Shown here: one piece after another, positions 12,501 to 26,800 of the stretch
Numbering within the stretch: the stretch's first letter is position 1
Layout of the letters: each line of letters opens with the position of its first letter
Source: Eledone cirrhosa
Taxonomy: Eukaryota
Length of the DNA: 64,000 bases
Direction of reading: 5' to 3'
Assembly (NCBI GenBank): GCA_964016885.1
Contig: OZ024740.1
Coordinates: forward strand, 37,572,001 to 37,636,000
Made by a program: the position numbers and the translations under genes
Notes under the pieces: model-generated
Databases searched by the model: none
The model's input: the letters and a program-made list of their open reading frames with translations, nothing else
Told to the model about the DNA's origin: nothing

Positions 12501-15299
12501 AGGTAGACATGTGACAGAATATATAGAACTCAGAGACCCCTGTTAAAGGTAGACATAGGACAGAATATATAGAACACAGTGACCCCTGTTTAAGGTAGAC
12601 ATAGGACAGAATATATAGAACACAGTGACCCCTGTTAAAGGTAGACATGTGACAGAATATATAGAACAGAGTGACACCTGTTAAAGGTAGACATGTGACA
12701 GAATATATAGAACACAGTGACCCCTGTTTAAGGTAGACATGTGACAGAATATATAGAACACAGTGACCCCTGTTTAAGGTAGACATGTGACAGAATATAT
12801 AGAACACAGTGACTCCTGTTAAAGGTAGACATAGGACAGAATATATAGAACACAGTGACCCCTGTTTAAGGTAGACATGTGACAGAATATATAGAACACA
12901 GTGACCCCTGTGAAAGTTAGACATGTGACAGAATATATAGAACACAGTGACCCCTGTTAAAGGTAGACATGTGACAGAATATATAGAACACAGTGACCCC
13001 TGTTTAAGGTAGACATGTGACAGAATATATAGAACACAGTGACCCCTGTTTAAGGTAGACATGTGACAGAATATATAGAACACAGTGACCCCTGTTAAAG
13101 GTAGACATGTGACAGAATATATAGAACACAGTGACCCCTGTTTAAGGTAGACATGTGACAGAATATATAGAACACAGTGACCCCTGTTAAATGTAGACAT
13201 AGGACAGAATATATAGAACACAGTGACCCCTGTTTAAGTTAGAGATAGGACAGAACATATAGAACACAGTGACCCCTATTAAAGGTCGACATAGGACAGA
13301 TTATATAGAACACAGTGACCCCTGTTTAAGGTAGACATGTGACAGAATATATAGAACACAGTGACCCCTGTTAAAGGTAGACATGTGACAGAATATATAG
13401 AACACAGTGACCCCTGTTTAAGGTAGATATGTGACAGAATATATAGAACACAGTGACCCCTGTTAAATGTAGACATAGGACAGAATATATAGAACACAGT
13501 GACCCCTGTTAAAGGTAGACATGTGACAGAATATATAGAACACAGTGACCCCTGTTTAAGGTAGATATGTGACAGAATATATAGAACACAGTGACCCCTG
13601 TTAAAGGTAGACATAGGACAGAATATATAGAACACAGTGACCCCTGTTTAAGGTAGACATAGGACAGAATATATAGAACACAGTGACCCCTGTTAAAGGT
13701 CGACATAGGACAGATTATATAGAACACAGTGACCCCTGTTTAAGGTAGACATGTGACAGAATATATAGAACACAGTGACCCCTGTTAAAGGTAGACATAG
13801 GACAGAATATATAGAACACAGTGACCCCTGTTAAAGGTAGACATGTGACAGAATATATAGAACACAGTGACCCCTGTTAAAGGTAGACATGTGAAAGAAT
13901 ATATAGAACACAGTGACCCCTGTTTAAGGTAGACATGTGAAAGAATATATAGAACACAGTGACCCCTGTTAAAGGTAGACATGTGACAGAATATATAGAA
14001 CACAGAGTCCCCTGTTAAAGGTGGACGTGGGAGAGAATATATAGAACACAGTGACCCCTGTTAAAGGTAGACATGTGACAGAATATATAGAACACAGAGT
14101 CCCCTGTTAAAGGTGGACGTAGGAGAGAATATATAGAACACAGTGACCCCTGTTTAAGGTAGACATAGGACAGAATATATAGAACACAGTGACCCCTGTT
14201 AAAGGTAGACATGTGACAGAATATATAGAACACAGTGACCCCTGTTAAAGGTAGACATGTGAAAGAATATATAGAACACAGTGACCCCTGTTTAAGGTAG
14301 ACATGTGAAAGAATATATAGAACACAGTGACCCCTGTTTAAGGTAGACATCGGACAGAATATATAGAACACTGTGAACCCTGTTTCAGGTAGACATGTGA
14401 CAGAATATATAGAATACAGTGACCCCTGTTAAAGGTATACATGTGACAGAATATATAGAACACAGTGACCCCTGTTAAAGGTAGACATGTGACAGAAAAT
14501 ATAGAACACAGTGACCCCTGTTTAAGGTAGACATGTGACAGAATATATAGAACACAGTGACCCCTGTTTAAGGTAGACATAGGACAGAATATATAGAACA
14601 CAGTGACCCCTGTTTAAGGTAGACATAAGACAGAATATATAGAACACAGAGACCCCTGTTTAAGGTAGACATGTGACAGAATATATAGAACACAGAGACC
14701 CCTGTTAAAGGTAGACATGTGACAGAATATATAGAACACAGTGACCCCTGTTAAAGGTAGACATGTGACAGAATATATAGAACATAGTGACCCCTGTTAA
14801 AGGTAGACATAGGACAGAATATATAGAACACAGTGACCCCTGTTTAAGGTAGACATAAGACAGAATATATAGAACACAGAGACCCCTGTTTAAGGTAGAC
14901 ATGTGACAGAATATATAGAACACAGTGACCCCTGTTAAAGGTAGACATAGGACAGAATATATAGAACTCAGAGACCCCTGTTAAAGGTAGACATGTGACA
15001 GAATATATAGAACACAGTGACCCCTGTTAAAGGTAGACATGTGACAGAATATATAGAACTCAGAGACCCCTGTTAAAGGTAGACATGTGACAGAATATAT
15101 AGAACACAGTGACCCCTGTTTAAGGTAGACATGTGACAGAATATATAGAACGCAGTGACCCCTGTTAAAGGTAGACATGTGACAGAATATATAGAATACA
15201 GTGACCCCTGTTAAAGGTAGACATGTGACAGAATATATAGAACACAGTGACCCCTGTTTAAGGTAGACATAGGACAGCACATATAGAACACAGTGATCC

Positions 15300-17200
15300 C
15301 TGTTAAAGGTAGACATAGGACAGAATATCTAGAACACAGTGACCCCTGTTTAAGGTAGACATAAGACAGAATATATAGAACACAGAGACCCCTGTTAAAG
15401 GTAGACATAGGACAGATTATATAGAACACAGTGACCCCTGTTAAAGGTAGACATAGGACAGAATATCTAGAACACAGTGACCCCTGTTTAAGGTAGACAT
15501 AAGACAGAATATATAGAACACAGAGACCCCTGTTAAAGGTAGACATGTGACAGAATATATAGAACGCAGTGACCCCTGTTAAAGGTAGACATGTGACAGA
15601 ATATATAGAACACAGTGACCCCTGTTAAAAGTAGACATAGGACAGAATATATAGAACACAGTGACCCCTGTTTAAGGTAGACATAGGACAGCATATATAG
15701 AACACAGTGACCCCTGTTTAAGGTAGACATGTGACAGAATATATAGAACACAGTGACCCCTGTTTAAGGTAGACATAAGACAGAATATATAGAACACAGA
15801 GACCCCTGTTAAAGGTAGACATCTGACAGAATATATAGAACTCAGAGACCCCTGTTAAAGGTAGACATAGGACAGAATATATAGAACACAGTGACCCCTG
15901 TTAAAAGTAGACATAGGACAGAATATATAGAACACAGTGACCCCTGTTTAAGGTAGACATAAGACAGAATATATAGAACACAGAGACCCCTGTTAAAGGT
16001 AGACATGTGACAGAATATATAGAACACAGTGACCCCTGTTAAAGGTAGACATAGGACAGAATATATAGAACACAGTGACCCCTGTTTAAGGTAGACATAA
16101 GACAGAATATATAGAACACAGAGACCCCTGTTAAAGGTAGACATCTGACAGAATATATAGAACTCAGAGACCCCTGTTAAAGGTAGACATGTGACAGAAT
16201 ATATAGAACACAGTGACCCCTGTTAAAGGTAGACATAGGACAGAATATATAGAACACAGTGACCCCTGTTTAAGGTAGACATAAGACAGAATATATAGAA
16301 CACAGAGACCCCTGTTAAAGGTAGACATGTGACAGAATATATAGAAAGCAGTGACCCCTGTTAAAGGTAGACATGTGACAGAATATATAGAACACAGTGA
16401 CCCCTGTTAAAGGTAGACATAGGACAGAATATATAGAACACAGTGACCCCTGTTTAAGGTAGACATAAGACAGAATATATAGAACACAGAGACCCCTGTT
16501 AAAGGTAGACATGAGACAGAATATATAGAACACAGAGACCCCTGTTAAAGGTAGACATGTGACAGAATATATAGAACACAGTGACCCCTGTTAAAGGTAG
16601 ACATAGGACAGAATATATAGAACACAGTGACCCCTGTTTAAGGTAGACATAAGACAGAATATATAGAACACAGAGACCCCTGTTAAAGGTAGACATCTGA
16701 CAGAATATATAGAACTCAGAGACCCCTGTTAAAGGTAGACATGTGACAGAATATATAGAACACAGTGACCCCTGTTAAAGGTAGACATAGGACAGGATAT
16801 ATAGAACACAGAGACCCCTGTTTAAGGTAGACATAAGACAGAATATATAGAACACAGAGACCCCTGTTTAAGGTAGACATAAGACAGAATATATAGAACA
16901 CAGAGACCCCTGTTAAAGGTAGACATGTGACAGAATATATAGAACGCAGTGACCCCTGTTAAAGGTAGACATGTGACAGAATATATAGAACACAGTGACC
17001 CCTGTTAAAGGTAGACATAGGACAGAATATATAGAACACAGTGACCCCTGTTTAAGGTAGACATAAGACAGAATATATAGAACACAGAGACCCCTGTTAA
17101 AGGTAGACATGTGACAGAATATATAGAACGCAGTGACCCCTGTTAAAGGTAGACATGTGACAGAATATATAGAACACAGTGACCCCTGTTAAAGGTAGAC
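15300..17200. repeat. Local 3-/4-monomer higher-order repeat domain
   Basis: There is a cyclic order of monomer types catgtg -> catagg -> tttaag/cataag+gagac, often with a fourth unit (catctg+actcagaga or aacgcag). Confidence 0.75.
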
Positions 17201-19872
17201 ATAGGACAGAATATATAGAACACAGTGACCCCTGCTAAATGTGAACACGTGACAGAATATATAGAACACAGAGACCCCTGTTAAAGGTAGACATGTGACA
17301 GAATATATAGAACGCAGTGACCCCTGTTAAAGGTAGACATAGGACAGAATATATAGAACACAGTGACCCCTGTTTAAGTTAGAGATAGGACAGAATATAT
17401 AGAACACAGTGACCCCTGTTAAAGGTAGACATGTGAAAGAATATGTAGAACACAGTGACCCCTGTTAAAGGTAGACATAGGACAGAATACATAGAACACA
17501 GTGACCCCTGCTAAATGTAAACATGTGACAGAATATATAGAACACAATGACCCCTGTTAAAGGTAGACATGTGACAGAATATATAGAACACAGAGACCCC
17601 TGTTAAAGGTAGACATAGGACAGAATATATAGAACACAGTGACCCCTGTTAAAGGTAGACATGTGACAGAATATATAGAACACAGTGACCCCTTTTAAAG
17701 ATAGACATGTGACAGAATATATAGAACACAGTGACCCCTGTTAAAGGTAGACATGTGACAGAATATATAGAACACAGAGACCCCTTTTAAAGATAGACAT
17801 GTGACAGAAAATATAGAACACAGTGACCCCTGTTTAAGGTAGACATGTGACAGAATATATAGAACACAGTGACCCCTGTTAAAGGTAGACATGAGACAGA
17901 ATATATAGAACACAGTGACCCCTGTTTAAGGTAGACAGGTGACAGAATATATAGAACACAGTGATCCCTGTTTAAGGTAGACATCGGACAGAATATATAG
18001 AACACTGTGACCCCTGTTAGAGGTAGACATGTGACAGAATATATAGAACACAGTGACCCCTGTTAAAGGTAGACATAGGACAGAATATATAGAACACAGT
18101 GACCCCTGTTAAAGGTATACATGTGACAGAATATATAGAACACAGTGACCCCTGTTAGAGGTAGACATGTGACAGAATATATAGAACACAGTGACCCCTG
18201 TTTAAGGTAGACATGTGACAGAATATATAGAATACAGTGACCCCTGTTAAAGGTAGACATGTGACAGAATATATGGTACAGAGTGACCCCTGTTAAAGGT
18301 AGACATGTGACAGAATATATAGAACACAGTGACCCCTGTTTAAGGTAGACATAGGACAGATTATATAGAACACAGTGACCCCTGTTTAAGGTAGACATGT
18401 GACAGAATATATAGAACACAGTGACCCCTGTTTAAGGTAGACATATGACAGAATATATAGAACACAGTGACCCCTGTTTAAGGTAGACATATGACAGAAT
18501 ATATAGAACACAGTGACCCCTGTTTAAGGTAGACATGTGACAGAATATATAGAACACAGTGACCCCTGTTAAAGGTAGACATGTGACAGAATATATAGAA
18601 CACAGTGACCCCTGTTAAAGGTAGACATGTGACAGAATATATAGAACACAGAGACCCCTGTTAGAGGTAGACATGTTACAGAATATATAGAACACAGTGA
18701 GCCCTGTTAAAGGTAGACATGTGACAGAATATATAGAACACAGTGACCCCTGTTTAAGGTAGACATGTGACAGAATATATAGAACACAGTTAACCCTGTT
18801 AAAGGTAGACATGTGACAGAATATATAGAACACAGAGTCCCCTGTTAAAGGTTGACATGTGACAGAATATATAGAACACAGTGACCCCTTTTAAAGATAG
18901 ACATGTGACAGAAAATATAGAACACAGTGACCCCTGTTTAAGGTAGACATGTGACAGAATATATAGAACACAGTGACCCCTGTTAAAGGTAGACATGAGA
19001 CAGAATATATAGAACACAGTGACCCCTGTTTAAGGTAGACATGTGACAGAATATATAGAATACAGTGACCCCTGTTAAAGGTAGACATAGGACAGAATAT
19101 ATAGAACACAGTGACCCCTGTTTAAGGTAGACATAGGACAGAATATATAGAACACAGTGAACCCTGTTTAAGGTAGACATGTGACAGAATATATAGAATA
19201 CAGTGACCCCTGTTAAAGCTAGACATGTGACAGAATATATAGAACACAGTGACCCCTGTTAAAGGTAGACATGTGACAGAATATATAGAACACAGTGACC
19301 CCTGTTTAAGGTAGACATAGGACAGAATATATAGAACACAGAGACCCCTGTTTAAGGTAGACATAGGACAGAATATATAGAACACAGTGAACCCTGTTTA
19401 AGGTAGACATGTGACAGAATATATAGAATACAGTGACCCCTGTTAAAGCTAGACATGTGACAGAATATATAGAACACAGTGACCCCTGTTAAAGGTAGAC
19501 ATGTGACAGAATATATAGAACACAGTGACTCCTGTTAAAGGTAGACATAGGACAGAATATATAGAACACAGTGACCCCTGTTTAAGGTAGACATGTGACA
19601 GAATATATAGAACACAGTGACCCCTGTGAAAGTTAGACATGTGACAGAATATATAGAACACAGTGACCCCTGTTAAAGGTAGACATGTGACAGAATATAT
19701 AGAACACAGTGACCCCTGTTTAAGGTAGACATGTGACAGAATATATAGAACACAGTGACCCCTGTTTAAGGTAGACATGTGACAGAATATATAGAACACA
19801 GTGACCCCTGTTAAAGGTAGACATGTGACAGAATATATAGAACACAGTGACCCCTGTTTAAGGTAGACATGT

Positions 19873-22800
19873 GACAGAATATATAGAACACAGTGACCCC
19901 TGTTAAAGGTAGACATGTGACAAAATATATAGAACACAGTGACCCCTGTTAAATGTAGACATAGGACAGAATATATAGAACACAGTGACCCCTGTTTAAG
20001 GTAGACAGGTGACAGAATATATAGAACACAGTGACCCCTGTTAAAGGTAGACATGAGACAGAATATATAGAACGCAATGACCCCTGTTAAAGGTAGACAT
20101 GTGACAGAATATATAGAACACAGTGACCCCTGTTAAAGGTAGACATGAGACAGAATATATAGAACACAGTGACACCTGTTAAAGGTAGACATGTGACAGA
20201 ATATATAGAACACACTGACCCCTGTTAAAGGTAGACATGAGACAGAATATATAGAACACAGTGACCCCTGTTAAAGGTAGACATGTGACAGAATATATAG
20301 AACACAGTGACCCCTGTTAAAGGTAGACATGTGACAGAATATATAGAACACAGTGACCCCTGTTAAAGGTCGACATAGGACAGATTATATAGAACACAGT
20401 GACCCCTGTTTAAGGTAGACATGTGACAGAATATATAGAACACAGTGACCCCTGTTAAAGGTAGACATGAGACAGAATATATAGAACGCAATGACCCCTG
20501 TTAAAGGTAGACATGTGACAGAATATATAGAACACAGTGATTCCTGTTTAAGGTAGACATGTGACAGTATATATAGAACACAGTGACCCCTGTTTAAGGT
20601 AGACATAGGACAGAATATATAGAACACAGTGACCCCTGTTAAAGGTAGACATGAGACAGAATATATAGAACACAGTGACCCATGTTTAAGGTAGACATAG
20701 GACAGAATATATAGAACACAGTGACCCCTGTTAAAGGTCGTCATAGGACAGATTATATAGAACACAGTGACCCCTGTTTAAGGTAGACATGTGACAGAAT
20801 ATATAGAACACAGTGACCCCTGTTAAAGGTAGACATGTGACAGAATATATAGAACACAGTGATTCCTGTTTAAGGTAGACATGTGACAGTATATATAGAA
20901 CACAGTGACCCCTGTTAAAGGTAGACATGTGACAGAATATATAGAACACAGTGACCCCTGTTAAAGGTAGACATGTGACAGAATATATAGAACACAGTGA
21001 CCCCTGTTAAAGGTCGTCATAGGACAGATTATATAGAACACAGTGACCCCTGTTTAAGGTAGACATGTGACAGAATATATAGAACACAGTGACCCCTGTT
21101 AAAGGTAGACATGTGACAGAATATATAGAACACAGTGACCCCTGTTTAAGGTAGACATCGGACAGAATATATAGAACACTGTGAACCCTGTTTCAGGTAG
21201 ACATGTGACAGAATATATAGAATACAGTGACCGCTGTTAAAGGTATACATGTGACAGAATATATAGAACACAGTGACCCCTGTGAAAGTTAGACATGTGA
21301 CAGAAAATATAGAACACAGTGACCCCTGTTTAAGGTAGACATGTGACAGAATATATAGAACACAGTGATCCCTGTTAGAGGTAGACATGTGACAGAATAT
21401 ATAGAACACAGTGACCCCTGTTTAAGGTAGACATAGGACAGAATATATAGAACACAGTGACCCCTGTTTAAGGTAGACATAGGACAGAATATATAGAACA
21501 CAGTGATCCCTGTTAGAGGTAGACATGTGACAGAATATATAGAACTCAGAGACCCCTGTTTAAGGTAGACATAGGACAGAATATATAGAACACAGTGACC
21601 CCTGTTTAAGGTAGACATAGGACAGAATATATAGAACAGATTGATCACTGTTAAAGGTAGACATGTGACAGAAGATATAGAACACAGTGACCCCTGTTAA
21701 AGGTAGACATGTGACAGAATATATAGAACACAGTGATCCCTGTTAAAGGTAGACATGTGACAGAATATATAGAACACAGTGACCCCTGTTATAGGTAGAC
21801 ATAGGACAGAATATATAGAACACAGTGACCCCTGTTATAGGTAGACATAGGACAGAATATATAGAACACAGTGACCCCTGTTAAAGGTAGACATGTGACA
21901 AAATATATAGAACACAGTGACCCCTGTTAAATGTAGACATAGGACAGAATATATAGAACACAGTGACCCCTGTTTAAGGTAGACAGGTGACAGAATATAT
22001 AGAACACAGTGACCCCTGTTAAAGGTAGACATGAGACAGAATATATAGAACGCAATGACCCCTGTTAAAGGTAGACATGTGACAGAATATATAGAACACA
22101 GTGACCCCTGTTAAAGGTAGACATGAGACAGAATATATAGAACACAGTGACACCTGTTAAAGGTAGACATGTGACAGAATATATAGAACACACTGACCCC
22201 TGTTAAAGGTAGACATGAGACAGAATATATAGAACACAGTGACCCCTGTTAAAGGTAGACATGTGACAGAATATATAGAACACAGTGACCCCTGTTAAAG
22301 GTAGACATGTGACAGAATATATAGAACACAGTGACCCCTGTTAAAGGTCGACATAGGACAGATTATATAGAACACAGTGACCCCTGTTTAAGGTAGACAT
22401 GTGACAGAATATATAGAACACAGTGACCCCTGTTAAAGGTAGACATGAGACAGAATATATAGAACGCAATGACCCCTGTTAAAGGTAGACATGTGACAGA
22501 ATATATAGAACACAGTGATTCCTGTTTAAGGTAGACATGTGACAGTATATATAGAACACAGTGACCCCTGTTTAAGGTAGACATAGGACAGAATATATAG
22601 AACACAGTGACCCCTGTTAAAGGTAGACATGAGACAGAATATATAGAACACAGTGACCCATGTTTAAGGTAGACATAGGACAGAATATATAGAACACAGT
22701 GACCCCTGTTAAAGGTCGTCATAGGACAGATTATATAGAACACAGTGACCCCTGTTTAAGGTAGACATGTGACAGAATATATAGAACACAGTGACCCCTG

Positions 22801-23853
22801 TTAAAGGTAGACATGTGACAGAATATATAGAACACAGTGATTCCTGTTTAAGGTAGACATGTGACAGTATATATAGAACACAGTGACCCCTGTTAAAGGT
22901 AGACATGTGACAGAATATATAGAACACAGTGACCCCTGTTAAAGGTAGACATGTGACAGAATATATAGAACACAGTGACCCCTGTTAAAGGTCGTCATAG
23001 GACAGATTATATAGAACACAGTGACCCCTGTTTAAGGTAGACATGTGACAGAATATATAGAACACAGTGACCCCTGTTAAAGGTAGACATGTGACAGAAT
23101 ATATAGAACACAGTGACCCCTGTTTAAGGTAGACATCGGACAGAATATATAGAACACTGTGAACCCTGTTTCAGGTAGACATGTGACAGAATATATAGAA
23201 TACAGTGACCGCTGTTAAAGGTATACATGTGACAGAATATATAGAACACAGTGACCCCTGTGAAAGTTAGACATGTGACAGAAAATATAGAACACAGTGA
23301 CCCCTGTTTAAGGTAGACATGTGACAGAATATATAGAACACAGTGATCCCTGTTAGAGGTAGACATGTGACAGAATATATAGAACACAGTGACCCCTGTT
23401 TAAGGTAGACATAGGACAGAATATATAGAACACAGTGACCCCTGTTTAAGGTAGACATAGGACAGAATATATAGAACACAGTGATCCCTGTTAGAGGTAG
23501 ACATGTGACAGAATATATAGAACTCAGAGACCCCTGTTTAAGGTAGACATAGGACAGAATATATAGAACACAGTGACCCCTGTTTAAGGTAGACATAGGA
23601 CAGAATATATAGAACAGATTGATCACTGTTAAAGGTAGACATGTGACAGAAGATATAGAACACAGTGACCCCTGTTAAAGGTAGACATGTGACAGAATAT
23701 AAAGAACACAGTGATCCCTGTTAAAGGTAGACATGTGACAGAATATATAGAACACAGTGACCCCTGTTATAGGTAGACATAGGACAGAATATATAGAACA
23801 CAGTGACCCCTGTTATAGGTAGACATAGGACAGAATATATAGAACACAGTGAC
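19873..23853. repeat. Tandem duplication of a 1978-bp (43-monomer) unit nested in copy 1 of the large duplication
   Basis: The marker gacaaaatat sits at ~19919 and ~21897. ORF pairs 20385/22363, 20731/22709 and 21289/23267 are offset by 1978. One substitution was seen (~23702). Confidence 0.9.
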
Positions 23854-26800
23854 TCCTGTTAAAGGTAGACATAGGACAGAATATATAGAACACAGAGACC
23901 CCTGTTAAAGGTAGACATGTGACAGAATATATAGAACACAGTGACCCCTGTTAAAGGTAGACATAGGACAGAATATATAGAACACAGTGACCCCTGTTTA
24001 AGGTAGACATAAGACAGAATATATAGAACACAGAGACCCCTGTTAAAGGTAGACATGTGACAGAATATATAGAACACAGTGACCCCTGTTAAAGGTAGAC
24101 ATAGGACAGAATATATAGAACACAGTGACCCCTGTTTAAGGTAGACATAAGACAGAATATATAGAACACAGAGACCCCTGTTAAAGGTAGACATGTGACA
24201 GAATATATAGAACACAGTGACCCCTGTTAAAGGTAGACATAGGACAGAATATATAGAACACAGTGACCCCTGTTTAAGTTTGAGATAGGACAGAATATAT
24301 AGAACACAGTGACCCCTGTTTAAGGTAGACATGTGAAAGAATATATAGAACACAGTGACCCCTGTTAAAGGTAGACATAGGACAGAATACATAGAACACA
24401 GTGACCCCTGCTAAATGTAAACATGTGACAGAATATATAGAACACAATGACCCCTGTTAAAGGTACACATGTGACAGAATATATAGAACACAGTGACCCC
24501 TGTTTAAGGTAGACATAGGACAGAATATATAGAACACAGTGACCCCTGTTAAAGGTCGTCATAGGACAGATTATATAGAACACAGTGACCCCTGTTTAAG
24601 GTAGACATGTGACAGAATATATAGAACACAGTGACCCCTGTTAAAGGTAGACATGTGACAGAATATATAGAACACAGTGATTCCTGTTTAAGGTAGACAT
24701 GTGACAGTATATATAGAACACAGTGACCCCTGTTAAAGGTAGACATGTGACAGAATATATAGAACACAGTGACCCCTGTTAAAGGTAGACAATGACAGAA
24801 TATATAGAACACAGAGACCCCTGTTACAGGTAGACATGTGACAGAATATATAGAACACAGTGACCCCTTTTAAAGATAGACATGTGACAGAATATATAGA
24901 ACACAGTGACCCCTGTTAAAGGTAGACATGTGACAGAATATATAGAACACAGTGACCCCTGTTAAAGGTAGACATAGGACAGAATATATAGAACACAGTG
25001 ACCCCTGCTAAATGTAAACATGTGACAGAATATGTAGAACACAGTGACCCCTGTTAAAGGTAGACATGTGACAGAATATATAGAACACAGTGACCCCTGT
25101 TAAAGGTAGACATGTGACAGAATATATAGAACACGGAGTCCCCTGTTAAAGGTAGACATGTGACAGAATATATAGAACACAGTGACCCCTTTTAAAGATA
25201 GACATGTGACAGAAAATATAGAACACAGTGACCCCTGTTAAAGGTAGACATGTGACAGAATATATAAAACACAGTGACCCCTGTTAAAGGTAGACATGAG
25301 ACAGAATATATAGAACACAGTGACCCCTGTTTAAGGTAGACATAGGACAGAATATATAGAACACAGTGACCCCTGCTAAATGTAAACATGTGACAGAATA
25401 TATAGAACACAGTGACCCCTGTTAAAGGTAGACATGTGACAGAATATATAGAACACAGTGACCCCTGTTAAAGGTAGACATGTGACAGAATATATAGAAC
25501 ACGGAGTCCCCTATTAAAGGTAGACATGTGACAGAATATATAGAACACAGTGACCCCTTTTAAAGATAGACATGTGACAGAAAATATAGAACACAGTGAC
25601 CCCTGTTAAAGGTAGACATGTGACAGAATATATAAAACACAGTGACCCCTGTTTAAGGTAGACATGTGACAGAATATATAGAACACAGTGACCCCTGTTT
25701 AAGGTAGACATGAGACAGAATATATAGAACACAGTGAACCCTGTTTAAGGTAGACATAGGACAGAATATATAGAACACAGTGACCCCTGTTAAAGGTAGA
25801 CATAGGACAGAATATATAGAACACAGTGACCCCTGTTAAAGGTAGACATGTGACAGAATATATAGAACACAGTGAACCCTGTTTAAGGTAGACATAGGAC
25901 AGAATATATAGAACACAGTGACCCCTGTTTAAGGTAGACATAGGACAGAATATATAGAACACAGTGACCCCTGTTAAAGGTAGACATGTGACAGAATATA
26001 TAGAACACAGTGACCCCTGTTTAAGGTAGCCATGTGCCAGAATATATAGAACACAGTGACCCCTGTTTAAGGTAGACATGTGACAGAATATATAGAACAC
26101 TGTGAACCCTGTTTAAGGTAGACATGTGACAGAATATATAGAACACAGTGACCCCTGTTTAAGGTATACATGTGACAGAATATATAGCACACAGTGACCC
26201 CTGTTAAAGATAGACATGTGATAGAATATATAGAACACAGTGAGCCCTGTTAAATGTAGACATAGGACAGAATATATAGAACACAGTGACCCCTGTTAAA
26301 TGTAAACATGTGACAGAATATATAGAACACAGTGACCCCTGTTAAAGGTAGACATAGGACAGAATATATAGAACACAGTGACCCCTGTTTAAGGTAGACA
26401 TAGGACAGAATATATAGAACACAGTGACCCCTGTTTAAGGTAGACATAGGACAGAATATATAGAACACAGTGACCCCTGTTAAAGGTCGACATAGGACAG
26501 ATTATATAGAACACAGTGACCCCTGTTTAAGGTAGACATGTGACAGAATATATAGAACACAGTGACCCCTGTTAAAGGTAGACATGAGACAGAATATATA
26601 GAACACAGTGACCCCTGTTTAAGTTAGACATGTGACTGAATATATAGAACACAGTGACCCCTGTTAAAGGTAGACATGTGACAGAATATATAGAACACAG
26701 TGACCCCTGTTAAAGGTAGACATCGGACAGAATATATAGAACACTGTGAACCCTGTTTAAGTTAGACATGTGACTGAATATATAGAATACAGTGACCCCT

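Noticed and set aside
12451-13221. Cys/His-rich translation as a zinc-finger or metallothionein-like protein
   Set aside because: The composition results from the TG/CA-rich repeat, and the spacing does not fit C2H2 or other known finger patterns.
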